Of a stretch of DNA of 64,000 nucleotides, positions 56,385 to 64,000 are shown piece by piece; within the stretch, counting starts at the first letter, position 1, and each line of letters opens with the position of its first letter. Position numbers and translations under genes: made by a program. The notes beneath the pieces are model-generated. The model saw only the letters and a list, made by a program, of their open reading frames with translations. It was not told where the DNA came from and made no database searches. Origin of the DNA: a virus; IMG/VR virus record IMGVR_UViG_3300020182_000023, positions 14,697 to 78,696 of that record; one strand, given 5' to 3'.

Positions 56385-58843
56385 TATCCGTTAAGTCTTG
56401 GTCTGCGTTTAGCGGCTCTTAATACCTTTCTCAGTCCTCTTCTATGCTCTTCTTTGCTAATGTTTCCGTTAGGGTCTATGTTCAAATGAAATTGAATACC
56501 CTCAACCGCTGTTGTAACTTTCTCCAGGCCGCTTACAATGTTTTGATCGTTAAGACTTGCAACCGATACGCCCCCTTGATTGTTTAATGCTAAGTCAACT
56601 AAATCTTTATTTGATATATTGCCTAACTTGTTTCTAATTCTCAAAGAATCTTTATGGCCTAATATTCTTTCTTCTTGTGTTACAGCTACTAAAGTATTAT
56701 CAAAACCGTTACCTTTTAAATTGGCTTTAGCGTCGTCGCCTACTCTATCCGTTCCTTCGTAGAAACTTCCAGCTACTATGTTAATCGCTGCTTGTGCTGC
56801 TAACGCCTTCCCGACGGCCTCTATTGGATTGCCGCCTTCTTTTAATGCTGCTAGTACTGACTCATAAAATACTTGTCTTTTTTGGCGTTTCTCTTGCTTT
56901 TCCGCTAGTTCTTGCTGTTCTAGTTCTATTTCAGCTTGTTTCTTTTGGCTTTCCGCTAAAGTGTTGTCAAGACCTTGAGCTGCTAGTTGTGCTTGTATTT
57001 CAATATTTTGAGTAGTTCGTTCAGCTTTCCTTTCTAGCTTTTCTTGTTCTTGGTCGTCTGCCCTATCTCTTGCTTCACCAACTTGGCCTAATACGTTTTC
57101 AACTTGGCCTATTTGTTCTTTTCTTAGTGCTTCCTTGTCTTTGGCTAATTGTTCTGCAATCTTACGTTGTTTATCAGCCGCTTTTAAATCAGCGTCTATC
57201 TGGTCTTGTGCTGCTTTTTCAGCGGCCTTTTTAGCTTCTTCGTCTGCTTTTTTCTTGGCCTTCGCTCTCTCTTGGTCTGCTTTTGCCATAGCCTTTGATG
57301 CTTCGTCAAAATCAAGTCTAAATGGGTCGTCCTCTACGTTTTCTTCTTGAAGTAAGCTATCTCTAACTTTTTTAGCATCCGCAGCAGCTGCCTTTTCTAA
57401 AGCTAATTTAGCTTTTGCTAAAGCAATTTCTTCTCTATTTAAAGTATTTCTATTTATTAAAGCCTCGCTTCTAAACCCTTCGTTTTCTTCTTGTATGTCT
57501 GCTATCTCAAATTCAACCCTCTTAACCTCTTTTTGTAGTTCTAAATTATCTTTATCGGCAAATAATAGTATTCCCAAGTTTTTAAGTCTTTTTTCCTGAA
57601 ACTCAACTTGTTCTTTTTCTCGCTTATTGATAACGGTTAATAGTTTTTCATTTGCAGCCCTTCGCTCGTCAATACTTAAAGTTTCGTCATCCCTGATTTG
57701 TCTTAATTTCTCAGAGTCTTGCAGTTGTTTTTTTGCAACTCGGTCCGACTCAATTTCAATAACTTCAAGTTCAGCTAAAGCATTTTGAGCGGCTGAAACA
57801 CCCGTAGCACTCATCGAAGTCTCAATACCAAAAAGGCCAATACTTAACGCAGTTGCTAAATCTGATAACACACCACCACCTTTTCCGTCTGCTCCTAACA
57901 ATTTAGCAAACTTATTACCAGCGGTATTAAAAGCACTTCCTAGTGTATTTGTTGCTGTTGCTAAATCATAACTTCCAGCCGTTGAAGTTGCATAAAGTCC
58001 AGCTAAAGCAGTAAGACCAGCAGTTACAGCACCGACTGGAGTTGTTAACTGTCCTAAACTTATCCCAAACAAATTAGTGCTTTCTATGCTTTGTCCGATT
58101 CCGTCTTTGTAATTACCTACATTTCTTTGAAAGTTACCGATTGAAGCGTCGTTATCTTTTACTTGTTTATCAAGTTTTTTTAACTCTGTAAGTAACTTGC
58201 CGCCTACGTCTACATTTTCTCTTTCTGCTTCGGTTAGGTTACGATAAGCCGCCTTTAGCTGTCCTAGTCTTTGGGCTTGTGCATTAAATGAACTTTCAGC
58301 TTCTTGACCTTGTTTGACTTGCGCTTTAATTGCAAACCCTAACTTTGAATTTGCTACTGTTAGTTGTGCAATCTCTTTATTATTCTTAGTTGTTGCTCGG
58401 TTGTATTTAGATAGACTTATTTGCCCTCTTTGATATTCTTTATTTAAAAGGTTTTGACGCTTTTTAATGTCAGCTAATAAAGTTTTGTTTTGGGTTTGTC
58501 TGGCTATGTTAGCGTCTAAACTACCGTTAACGTCGTCAATTATCTTTTTGACTTTCTTTTGATTCTCAATTGAGTTTTCAACCTCTTTATTAAATTGCTC
58601 GGTAGCTTCGTCAGCGTCCTTTTGCGCCATTTCAAACGCCTTAACATTGGTTGTGGTTTGGCTTACTACGTCATTGTATTTCTTAATGTCGTCACCACTA
58701 TTAAAGGCTTGTGTTTTGCTTATGTCTTTTAAAGTGGTTAGGTTTTCTTCTAGTACTTTCCTTAATGCAGCAGCGGCCTTTATAACCGTAGCAAATAGAT
58801 TCGGGTCAAAAACTTCTTCGCTGGTTATCTTCTTATTTGCCAT
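56384..58843 (-). CDS. Tape measure protein
   Basis: 819 aa, A/K/E/Q-rich coiled coil, GNFQRNVGNY motif, central hydrophobic segment. Confidence 0.8.
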   Translation of the reverse strand: MANKKITSEEVFDPNLFATVIKAAAALRKVLEENLTTLKDISKTQAFNSGDDIKKYNDVVSQTTTNVKAFEMAQKDADEATEQFNKEVENSIENQKKVKKIIDDVNGSLDANIARQTQNKTLLADIKKRQNLLNKEYQRGQISLSKYNRATTKNNKEIAQLTVANSKLGFAIKAQVKQGQEAESSFNAQAQRLGQLKAAYRNLTEAERENVDVGGKLLTELKKLDKQVKDNDASIGNFQRNVGNYKDGIGQSIESTNLFGISLGQLTTPVGAVTAGLTALAGLYATSTAGSYDLATATNTLGSAFNTAGNKFAKLLGADGKGGGVLSDLATALSIGLFGIETSMSATGVSAAQNALAELEVIEIESDRVAKKQLQDSEKLRQIRDDETLSIDERRAANEKLLTVINKREKEQVEFQEKRLKNLGILLFADKDNLELQKEVKRVEFEIADIQEENEGFRSEALINRNTLNREEIALAKAKLALEKAAAADAKKVRDSLLQEENVEDDPFRLDFDEASKAMAKADQERAKAKKKADEEAKKAAEKAAQDQIDADLKAADKQRKIAEQLAKDKEALRKEQIGQVENVLGQVGEARDRADDQEQEKLERKAERTTQNIEIQAQLAAQGLDNTLAESQKKQAEIELEQQELAEKQEKRQKRQVFYESVLAALKEGGNPIEAVGKALAAQAAINIVAGSFYEGTDRVGDDAKANLKGNGFDNTLVAVTQEERILGHKDSLRIRNKLGNISNKDLVDLALNNQGGVSVASLNDQNIVSGLEKVTTAVEGIQFHLNIDPNGNISKEEHRRGLRKVLRAAKRRPRLNG

Positions 58844-59273
58844 TCTTCAACATATTAAAGTGCGTGAAATACATTCGGACGCTCAACTTCTTATCGTCAA
58901 TTGCAAAATTAAGGTTTTTAGTTAACAAAGCGATTGACTTATAATAGTCGTATTCGCTGTTCTCCATTGCCTTTTTACGCTTCTCGCCTTCAAAAATGAT
59001 TTTATCATAGGCTAAAGAACTGATTTGCGCCTTAACTTTTTTGATCTGAAACCGAATGTCGTCTTTAAGTGTATCAATGTAGTTTGGGTCTTTTGAAAGC
59101 ATATCAAAGTATTCAAGTTCGATTTTATCCCATACCGGATTAAGTACCTTTTTTAAATGGTCCACGTCTATTTTGCTAGGCATTTCATAGACTAGGTGTT
59201 TAAGGTCGCCCGTTTCTAAAACTTTGTAATAATAGTAAATAGGTAAATCGTCAATCGACTGCCAGTATTTCAT
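58833..59273 (-). CDS. Putative tail assembly chaperone
   Basis: Y.SIDDLPIY.Y.K..ETGDL..L; immediately upstream of tape measure. Confidence 0.45.
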   Translation of the reverse strand: MKYWQSIDDLPIYYYYKVLETGDLKHLVYEMPSKIDVDHLKKVLNPVWDKIELEYFDMLSKDPNYIDTLKDDIRFQIKKVKAQISSLAYDKIIFEGEKRKKAMENSEYDYYKSIALLTKNLNFAIDDKKLSVRMYFTHFNMLKNGK

Positions 59274-59685
59274 TGAGTATAATTTCTTGAATTTGTGGTA
59301 ATAACTTGTCTCTTAATATTTCAAAACTTTCTTCATTCAAACCTAAGATAGCCCCGTATTCGCTCAAATCTACGTCCTCTTTAACTGAATCAGCGTAAAT
59401 AGTTAAGTCTTTCTCGGTTACTTGTACAATATCAAAACTATCGTAAAAGTCGCCAGTATCTTTTAACGTCCACCTTTTGCCGCTTGGTTTACCGTAAACG
59501 TCAACACTGGTTTTAGAGTAAAATGGAAGTTCTTTATCGTCTGCTAAAATACCAAATTGCAACTGGTTTTCCTGGTTCAACTGAATGATTAACTTCTGGT
59601 TGATCGTTTCGGAAAACAAAACAAAGAATAGTTTACCAGTAGCAAGGCTTTCAATGTTTCTTATTACTTGGAAAAGTCTATCCAT
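59251..59685 (-). CDS. Putative neck/tail completion protein
   Basis: QL..GI, YS..S...YGK, TLKDTGDFYDSF, YG.ILGL. Confidence 0.5.
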   Translation of the reverse strand: MDRLFQVIRNIESLATGKLFFVLFSETINQKLIIQLNQENQLQFGILADDKELPFYSKTSVDVYGKPSGKRWTLKDTGDFYDSFDIVQVTEKDLTIYADSVKEDVDLSEYGAILGLNEESFEILRDKLLPQIQEIILNEILAVD

Positions 59686-59948
59686 TACACACTAAAGAAA
59701 TAACCGTCCGTTGCTAATTGGTCCACATACTCCTCAATGTTTGTTGAAAATAAAACTTCGTCTATTTCTGAATAAAGAACTATTAACGGTTCTTGGTACT
59801 CAGATGCTCTATTAGTGTACGTTATAACCATTTGCGGTGCCGCTAAATTAGGTTGTGCAATAATAACCGCAATAGGAAAAGTATAAATAAACTGAACCCC
59901 ATTGCCTGACTTAGTTACTCCGTTTATCAATTCAAGTGAAAAACTCAT
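59685..59948 (-). CDS. Hypothetical protein
   Basis: 87 aa ORF. Confidence 0.5.
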   Translation of the reverse strand: MSFSLELINGVTKSGNGVQFIYTFPIAVIIAQPNLAAPQMVITYTNRASEYQEPLIVLYSEIDEVLFSTNIEEYVDQLATDGYFFSV

Positions 59949-59960
59949 AGTTTAAAGTAT

Positions 59961-59993
59961 AAAAAAGCCCCAATAGCGTAAACTATTGAGGCT
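59961..59993 (-). terminator. Intrinsic terminator
   Basis: aaaaaagccccaatag-cgtaaa-ctattgaggct. Confidence 0.65.
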
Positions 59994-60023
59994 AATTAAA
60001 TAAATGTTTAACCTTTAATTAAT

Positions 60024-60188
60024 TTACTTCTTTTTACTAGCGTCTTGGTAATCCTTCCAAGCATTAGTCAAATCTCCTGTAAATCCAGAATCATAAAGAA
60101 AACGATTGAACTTTGTTTTATCGCCTTTCTTACGACTATACAACCCTAATTTAAGGTAACAAGTACCCGTTTTTGTTTTGAACTCCAT
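60024..60188 (-). CDS. 54-aa protein after the major tail gene
   Basis: MEFKTKTGTCYLKLGLYSRKKGDK...KKK, hand-translated. Confidence 0.45.
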   Translation of the reverse strand: MEFKTKTGTCYLKLGLYSRKKGDKTKFNRFLYDSGFTGDLTNAWKDYQDASKKK

Positions 60189-60189
60189 A

Positions 60190-61119
60190 CTATGGGACGA
60201 TTGTTATTTCAACAGCACTTAATAAAGTATCGTCATATCCTTTAGTAGTAGGTGCTATTCTTAGACTTAAAACGTCGGCAACAGTTTGCGCTGAAAATGT
60301 AAAAGCGTATGTTCCTGTTGGAGTTTCGTTAAAGGTAGAAATTACAACAGGAGAACCAGTAGTTACATTGTAAATTTCAAAGTCACCAATTACTAAACCA
60401 CCAGCAACAACCGGATTAACTACTGAGCCGTAAGGTGTTGTTACTTTCATTGAGAACGCAGTAGGCGAAATTGCAGAAGCAACACCGTTTAAGTTAATCA
60501 AACCGTTGTAGTCTAACCAAGAAGTTGAACTATCAAAGTCAGAAGCTAACAACATACCAACGTCAGAATCAGCGATTGAATCTTTCCATTGAAAAGTTAA
60601 GGAAATTTTAGCAACAGTTGAATCTGTTGTGTCGATTGTCTTAACGTCCCAAGTAGGCATTTTGATAGCCAAAGGATAAAGATAACCAGTAGTTTTTTTG
60701 TCACCTATCAAGTTGTCGTTACCGTCAACGATATAAGCCCCAACTTGACCACAACCGAAAGCGTCAATCGCTCCAGCATAAGTAGAACCTTGAAACCAAA
60801 TCTCCCCTGTGAAAGTCTTTGCTCCGTTTCTAATTTTTGCAATCGTTCCTGAAGGTGCTTCTTCTGTAATAGAATCAGCTCTTTCATTGGTTACGTTTTC
60901 CATTGTCGGCAATGGGTAGTAACGCTCCGAAGAATCAGCAGCATTAATTAGGTCAATAATTTGAGCGTTAGTAGGTATTGAACTAAGGTCAATCCCATTT
61001 CTAACATTTGAACCGTTCACCAAAGGAACGATTATAATCTTTTTTGCAACAGCTTGTAAGGGTTGGCACGAACCAACTCCGGTATTACTAAGCGTTACGT
61101 CACATGAACAAACAGCCAT
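60190..61119 (-). CDS. Major tail (tube) protein
   Basis: 309 aa; C.C...L.NTG...C N-terminus seen in Flavobacteria siphovirus tail proteins; own promoter box at 61152-61159. Confidence 0.65.
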   Translation of the reverse strand: MAVCSCDVTLSNTGVGSCQPLQAVAKKIIIVPLVNGSNVRNGIDLSSIPTNAQIIDLINAADSSERYYPLPTMENVTNERADSITEEAPSGTIAKIRNGAKTFTGEIWFQGSTYAGAIDAFGCGQVGAYIVDGNDNLIGDKKTTGYLYPLAIKMPTWDVKTIDTTDSTVAKISLTFQWKDSIADSDVGMLLASDFDSSTSWLDYNGLINLNGVASAISPTAFSMKVTTPYGSVVNPVVAGGLVIGDFEIYNVTTGSPVVISTFNETPTGTYAFTFSAQTVADVLSLRIAPTTKGYDDTLLSAVEITIVP

Positions 61120-61172
61120 TTTTTTATTTTTTAGAGTTAAACATTATTTTACAAAATTACAATTTTTTTTGC

Positions 61173-61922
61173 CTATTTAAAACCACGATCAAATCCAGTA
61201 TCAAAACCGTTCCCGTCGACTACTGGAATTTCACGAACTCGGCAAGTAAAGTCTTTGATTATGTTTAGTGGAACGGTTACTTCAACAGCACTTATGTTTT
61301 TGTTGAATACTTTTTGACCAGCGTCGTTAGTTGTTGAATTGCCCCCATTGGTGAACTTGGAATAGTTTATTCTAGTGACTCCGTTAATAGTGTTAACCCT
61401 ATTTGATCGGGCTAAAGCAGTTAAAAAGGTATCAGCTAAAGCGTTCAAAGGATTTAAAACATTATCGTAGTCGCTTTCTGTGGTGTATTTTTTCGGGTTA
61501 TTTGTAGCCATAAAGAAGAAACGGCTCGAACCTTCGCTTTCATTTACACTATCTCTTGCAGTTGGTGAAGTTCTCGAAGCTAAATCAAACCGCCAAATCA
61601 TTGGTAGAATGTCTTTGTCGTGCTTCTTTGATATTTCTTGTTGAACCTGGAGATACTTACCGTAAATGTATTGAGGCTTTCTAAGCGCATACGTTCCGAT
61701 AATTGGCGCACTTGCACCGCTTACTATTAGATAGGTGTTTTGAACGAAAGAAACAACCGTATAATTAACTTCTAATAGCGTTATAATACTGTTTTCTCCT
61801 AAGTAGTGGGTATTGGTAGCCCAAAGTTTATAGTTACCGTCTATAACTTCAACAGCATAAACGTTAAGGTCTAAACTCATTGAGTCGATTACCGATTCTA
61901 CTATGCTATCTACGCTGGTCAT
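61173..61922 (-). CDS. Putative tail terminator/neck protein
   Basis: 249 aa between adaptor and major tail; ends GFDTGFDRGF. Confidence 0.45.
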   Translation of the reverse strand: MTSVDSIVESVIDSMSLDLNVYAVEVIDGNYKLWATNTHYLGENSIITLLEVNYTVVSFVQNTYLIVSGASAPIIGTYALRKPQYIYGKYLQVQQEISKKHDKDILPMIWRFDLASRTSPTARDSVNESEGSSRFFFMATNNPKKYTTESDYDNVLNPLNALADTFLTALARSNRVNTINGVTRINYSKFTNGGNSTTNDAGQKVFNKNISAVEVTVPLNIIKDFTCRVREIPVVDGNGFDTGFDRGFK

Positions 61923-62428
61923 ATTGCGCTAATAGGTTCTAAAACTAATCCCCTAAAGTCTGTATAAGTTGCTTGGTTCTCGTAAATGTAATATTGTAAG
62001 TCCGTTCCGGTTCTTATGGTCCGATTATAAAGAACGGTCAATTTAGTAATTAAACTTTCTTGACTTGTTGCCTCTGATTGATTAGCTACGTTTCCAGACG
62101 CTTGGTTTATTATTTGTTGTTGACTTACATAGTTGTAATATATTCGGCCTTTTAAGTACTCCTTAATCCCTTGACAAGTGATTGATATATCGCAAGGGTC
62201 GTCATAGTAAAACGGGCTGAATATATCTGTCCACTTTGTTGAAGCTGGTGTTTGAGGGTCGCCAGTCAAATCATTTATAAACTCTTGGCCCAACGTAGAA
62301 CCGAACAACTCATAAATTAAAGCCTTCTCGCTATCCAAAGTAATAAACGCTTGAAGGTCAACTACTGTATTTTGGTCTTGGCTTATTTGAAATATACCGC
62401 TTTCAAAATCGGACGTTTGAAGTATCAT
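61919..62428 (-). CDS. Putative head-tail adaptor
   Basis: 169 aa shortly after MCP; LFG..L...F, GIKEYL...IYY. Confidence 0.5.
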   Translation of the reverse strand: MILQTSDFESGIFQISQDQNTVVDLQAFITLDSEKALIYELFGSTLGQEFINDLTGDPQTPASTKWTDIFSPFYYDDPCDISITCQGIKEYLKGRIYYNYVSQQQIINQASGNVANQSEATSQESLITKLTVLYNRTIRTGTDLQYYIYENQATYTDFRGLVLEPISAI

Positions 62429-62601
62429 AATATTTTAACGATTACATTATTTGGGTTACTCACTAGCCTAGTGACTGCATAGTTTAGAATCTTTTTTTTA
62501 GTGCCTTTCTTGATAGTCTTTAAAATTGGAGTGCCTTTATCGTCAACCGTTCTATATTCATAGTCTTTTAAAAACTCGACTAAGATCATTTCTTCTTGCA
62601 T
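62425..62601 (-). CDS. 58-aa protein
   Basis: MQEEMILVEFLKDYEY..., coupled to the adaptor start. Confidence 0.45.
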   Translation of the reverse strand: MQEEMILVEFLKDYEYRTVDDKGTPILKTIKKGTKKKILNYAVTRLVSNPNNVIVKIL

Positions 62602-62686
62602 AATACAAAGTTAAATAAAAAAGCCCTAACAAATTAATGCTAGGACTTTTCCCAGAGAAACTTAATACAGAGAATATTAAGAGAAT

Positions 62687-62878
62687 TTATTTTTTACTTG
62701 ATTTCGCTTTTGCTGGTGCTTTCTTTTTTTCTGTTGCTAACTCAGCCTGCCCGTTACTAATAACTAAATCAGCTTTCCATTTAGGTAGCTCGTAAACTTG
62801 ACCAACTACAAAATGTTGATTCTTTCCAGCTTTTACTTTTTTACCTCTTACCTTGATTATTTCAACTTCTGAACTCAT
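62687..62878 (-). CDS. Small basic post-capsid protein
   Basis: 63 aa; G..YEL....A..VI..G.AE plus K-rich tail. Confidence 0.55.
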   Translation of the reverse strand: MSSEVEIIKVRGKKVKAGKNQHFVVGQVYELPKWKADLVISNGQAELATEKKKAPAKAKSSKK

Positions 62879-62910
62879 AACTGTTTAATTTTATGTTGCC
62901 TCAAAGATAT

Positions 62911-62943
62911 AAAAAAAGCCCCAACAATATGAAGGGGCTTTTT
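62911..62943 (-). terminator. Intrinsic terminator after MCP 2
   Basis: aaaaaaagcccc...ggggcttttt. Confidence 0.7.
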
Positions 62944-62962
62944 AACTATATTCTAAACTAGA

Positions 62963-64000
62963 CTATGCAGTTTCTAAAGCTGCTTTGTCAGCTGCAAATG
63001 AACCTTTTACAAATGCAGTTCTATCGTTATTCTTAACGTAAACTACACCTCTCCATTCAGCTCTAATTGTCTTAAAGTTCTTAATGAAGTTGTCACCCGT
63101 ATATCCAACGTCGATTGATACACCAGACTTAGTTCTGATATGTGCTTTTGTAAAGTCACCAATCAAATATTGACCAGCGTCAACTAGAGTAGTTTCTACA
63201 ATTGGAACTCCGTCTAAAGATAAAGAACCAGCTACCATTGCTAAACGCTCAACATATCTTTTATCCGTAGAACTAACTTTTACCATTTTTAAAGTGGTAA
63301 CGTCAGAAGGATTCATAAAGATATAATTCGGCATTCCTTGTTCAGCTATCTTGATCTGATTTGCTGCTACTGTAAGAACGTCTACTTCATTAGCGTTATC
63401 AACTGCTAAAGCAAATGTTCCAGCTGCAAATGATGTTGCGGTAGTGAATACTCCATTCAATTGTGGGCTTGTTCCAGAACCACCATAAGCACCAGTTTCA
63501 ACAGCTTTCAATAACTCACGATTCAACTCATTGTTAATTTCAGTAGCCATAAACTCTACGTCGTCTAACATTTCGTCTGTAATCGTAATATAAGCAGTTG
63601 TCTTTTCAACTTTTTGAGAACCTACTAGTAAATCAAAATCAATTTGATTTTTAAGTGCTGCCTCCGCTGTTTGTCCAGCTGTTCCTTCTTTTCCACTTTG
63701 ATAAACCCATTCAACAAGGTTAGAAGAGATAGTTCCAGATTGAAGAACCTCTAGGAATCTTACTTCCCTTGAAGCAACCATATTCATTCCCGGTAGCCTT
63801 TCAGCTTGTGGAATTTGTCCCGTTACATTACCAGCGATAGACATATCACCAACAGCTTTAAGCGTAATCTTAACGCTTTCACCATTCTTGTAACGACTTA
63901 ATTCTTCTTTCTTTTCCTTTAATTGCTCGAGGATAGACTTACTTTGAGAACTTTCTGTTTTAGTCAACTTTTCAACCGCTGACTTAATAGCAGCACCTTG
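62963..64000 (-). CDS. Major capsid protein 2, HK97 family (N-terminus beyond window)
   Basis: TAE...K.Q.DF, K.TAYI.ITDEMLDD, G.GT..QL.G, MNP.D, L.GVP.V, GDF, FIKN..TIRAE.R, AFVKG. Confidence 0.9.
   Translation of the reverse strand, partial: QGAAIKSAVEKLTKTESSQSKSILEQLKEKKEELSRYKNGESVKITLKAVGDMSIAGNVTGQIPQAERLPGMNMVASREVRFLEVLQSGTISSNLVEWVYQSGKEGTAGQTAEAALKNQIDFDLLVGSQKVEKTTAYITITDEMLDDVEFMATEINNELNRELLKAVETGAYGGSGTSPQLNGVFTTATSFAAGTFALAVDNANEVDVLTVAANQIKIAEQGMPNYIFMNPSDVTTLKMVKVSSTDKRYVERLAMVAGSLSLDGVPIVETTLVDAGQYLIGDFTKAHIRTKSGVSIDVGYTGDNFIKNFKTIRAEWRGVVYVKNNDRTAFVKGSFAADKAALETA

Noticed and set aside
426-58925. Short antisense or nested ORFs in the track (for example 426..614, 11842..12099, 18787..19032, 25084..25365, 57135..57350)
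   Set aside because: Shadows of longer genes on the opposite strand or frame, with no independent signals.
1-64000. tRNA, rRNA, integrase or self-splicing introns
   Set aside because: None recognised by eye; TerL, portal and both MCPs are uninterrupted. tRNAscan-SE was not run.

Overview
The whole window is tailed-phage DNA, almost certainly from Bacteroidota-infecting phage(s): TAnnTTTG promoter boxes, Q-rule signal peptides and a DUF3127 SSB all point that way. (1) About 1-19 kb, minus strand: a crAss-like/Flavobacteria-podovirus virion and packaging module with muzzle/tail stabilisation, ring proteins, MCP, scaffold, portal, TerL/TerS and a tandem GroES-like chaperone. (2) About 19-47.4 kb, mostly plus strand: the early and replication arm. 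It holds an iteron-bearing initiator, a minimal HisRS-like enzyme, a probable genome-end region, an Ocr-like protein, a primase-helicase, ERF, SSB, an exonuclease, a phosphoesterase, several HNH endonucleases, an M15 endolysin and a T7-endonuclease-I-like resolvase. No DNA polymerase or integrase was recognised. (3) About 47.4-50.7 kb: a fragmented receptor-binding region. (4) About 50-64 kb, minus strand: a second, unrelated siphovirus-type morphogenesis module with an HK97-fold MCP, major tail protein and tape measure. By eye its restriction-site content differs sharply (GATC not seen before about 50.7 kb, about 14 after), so the contig is an assembly chimera or a recent hybrid. The most notable signals are: about 9 integron attC-like hairpins bounding small gene cassettes whose ends are self-complementary, with no integrase in view; three sequence-unrelated kissing-loop leader RNAs with the same architecture; and a stripped-down HisRS catalytic core. 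All annotation is by eye; no searches were run.
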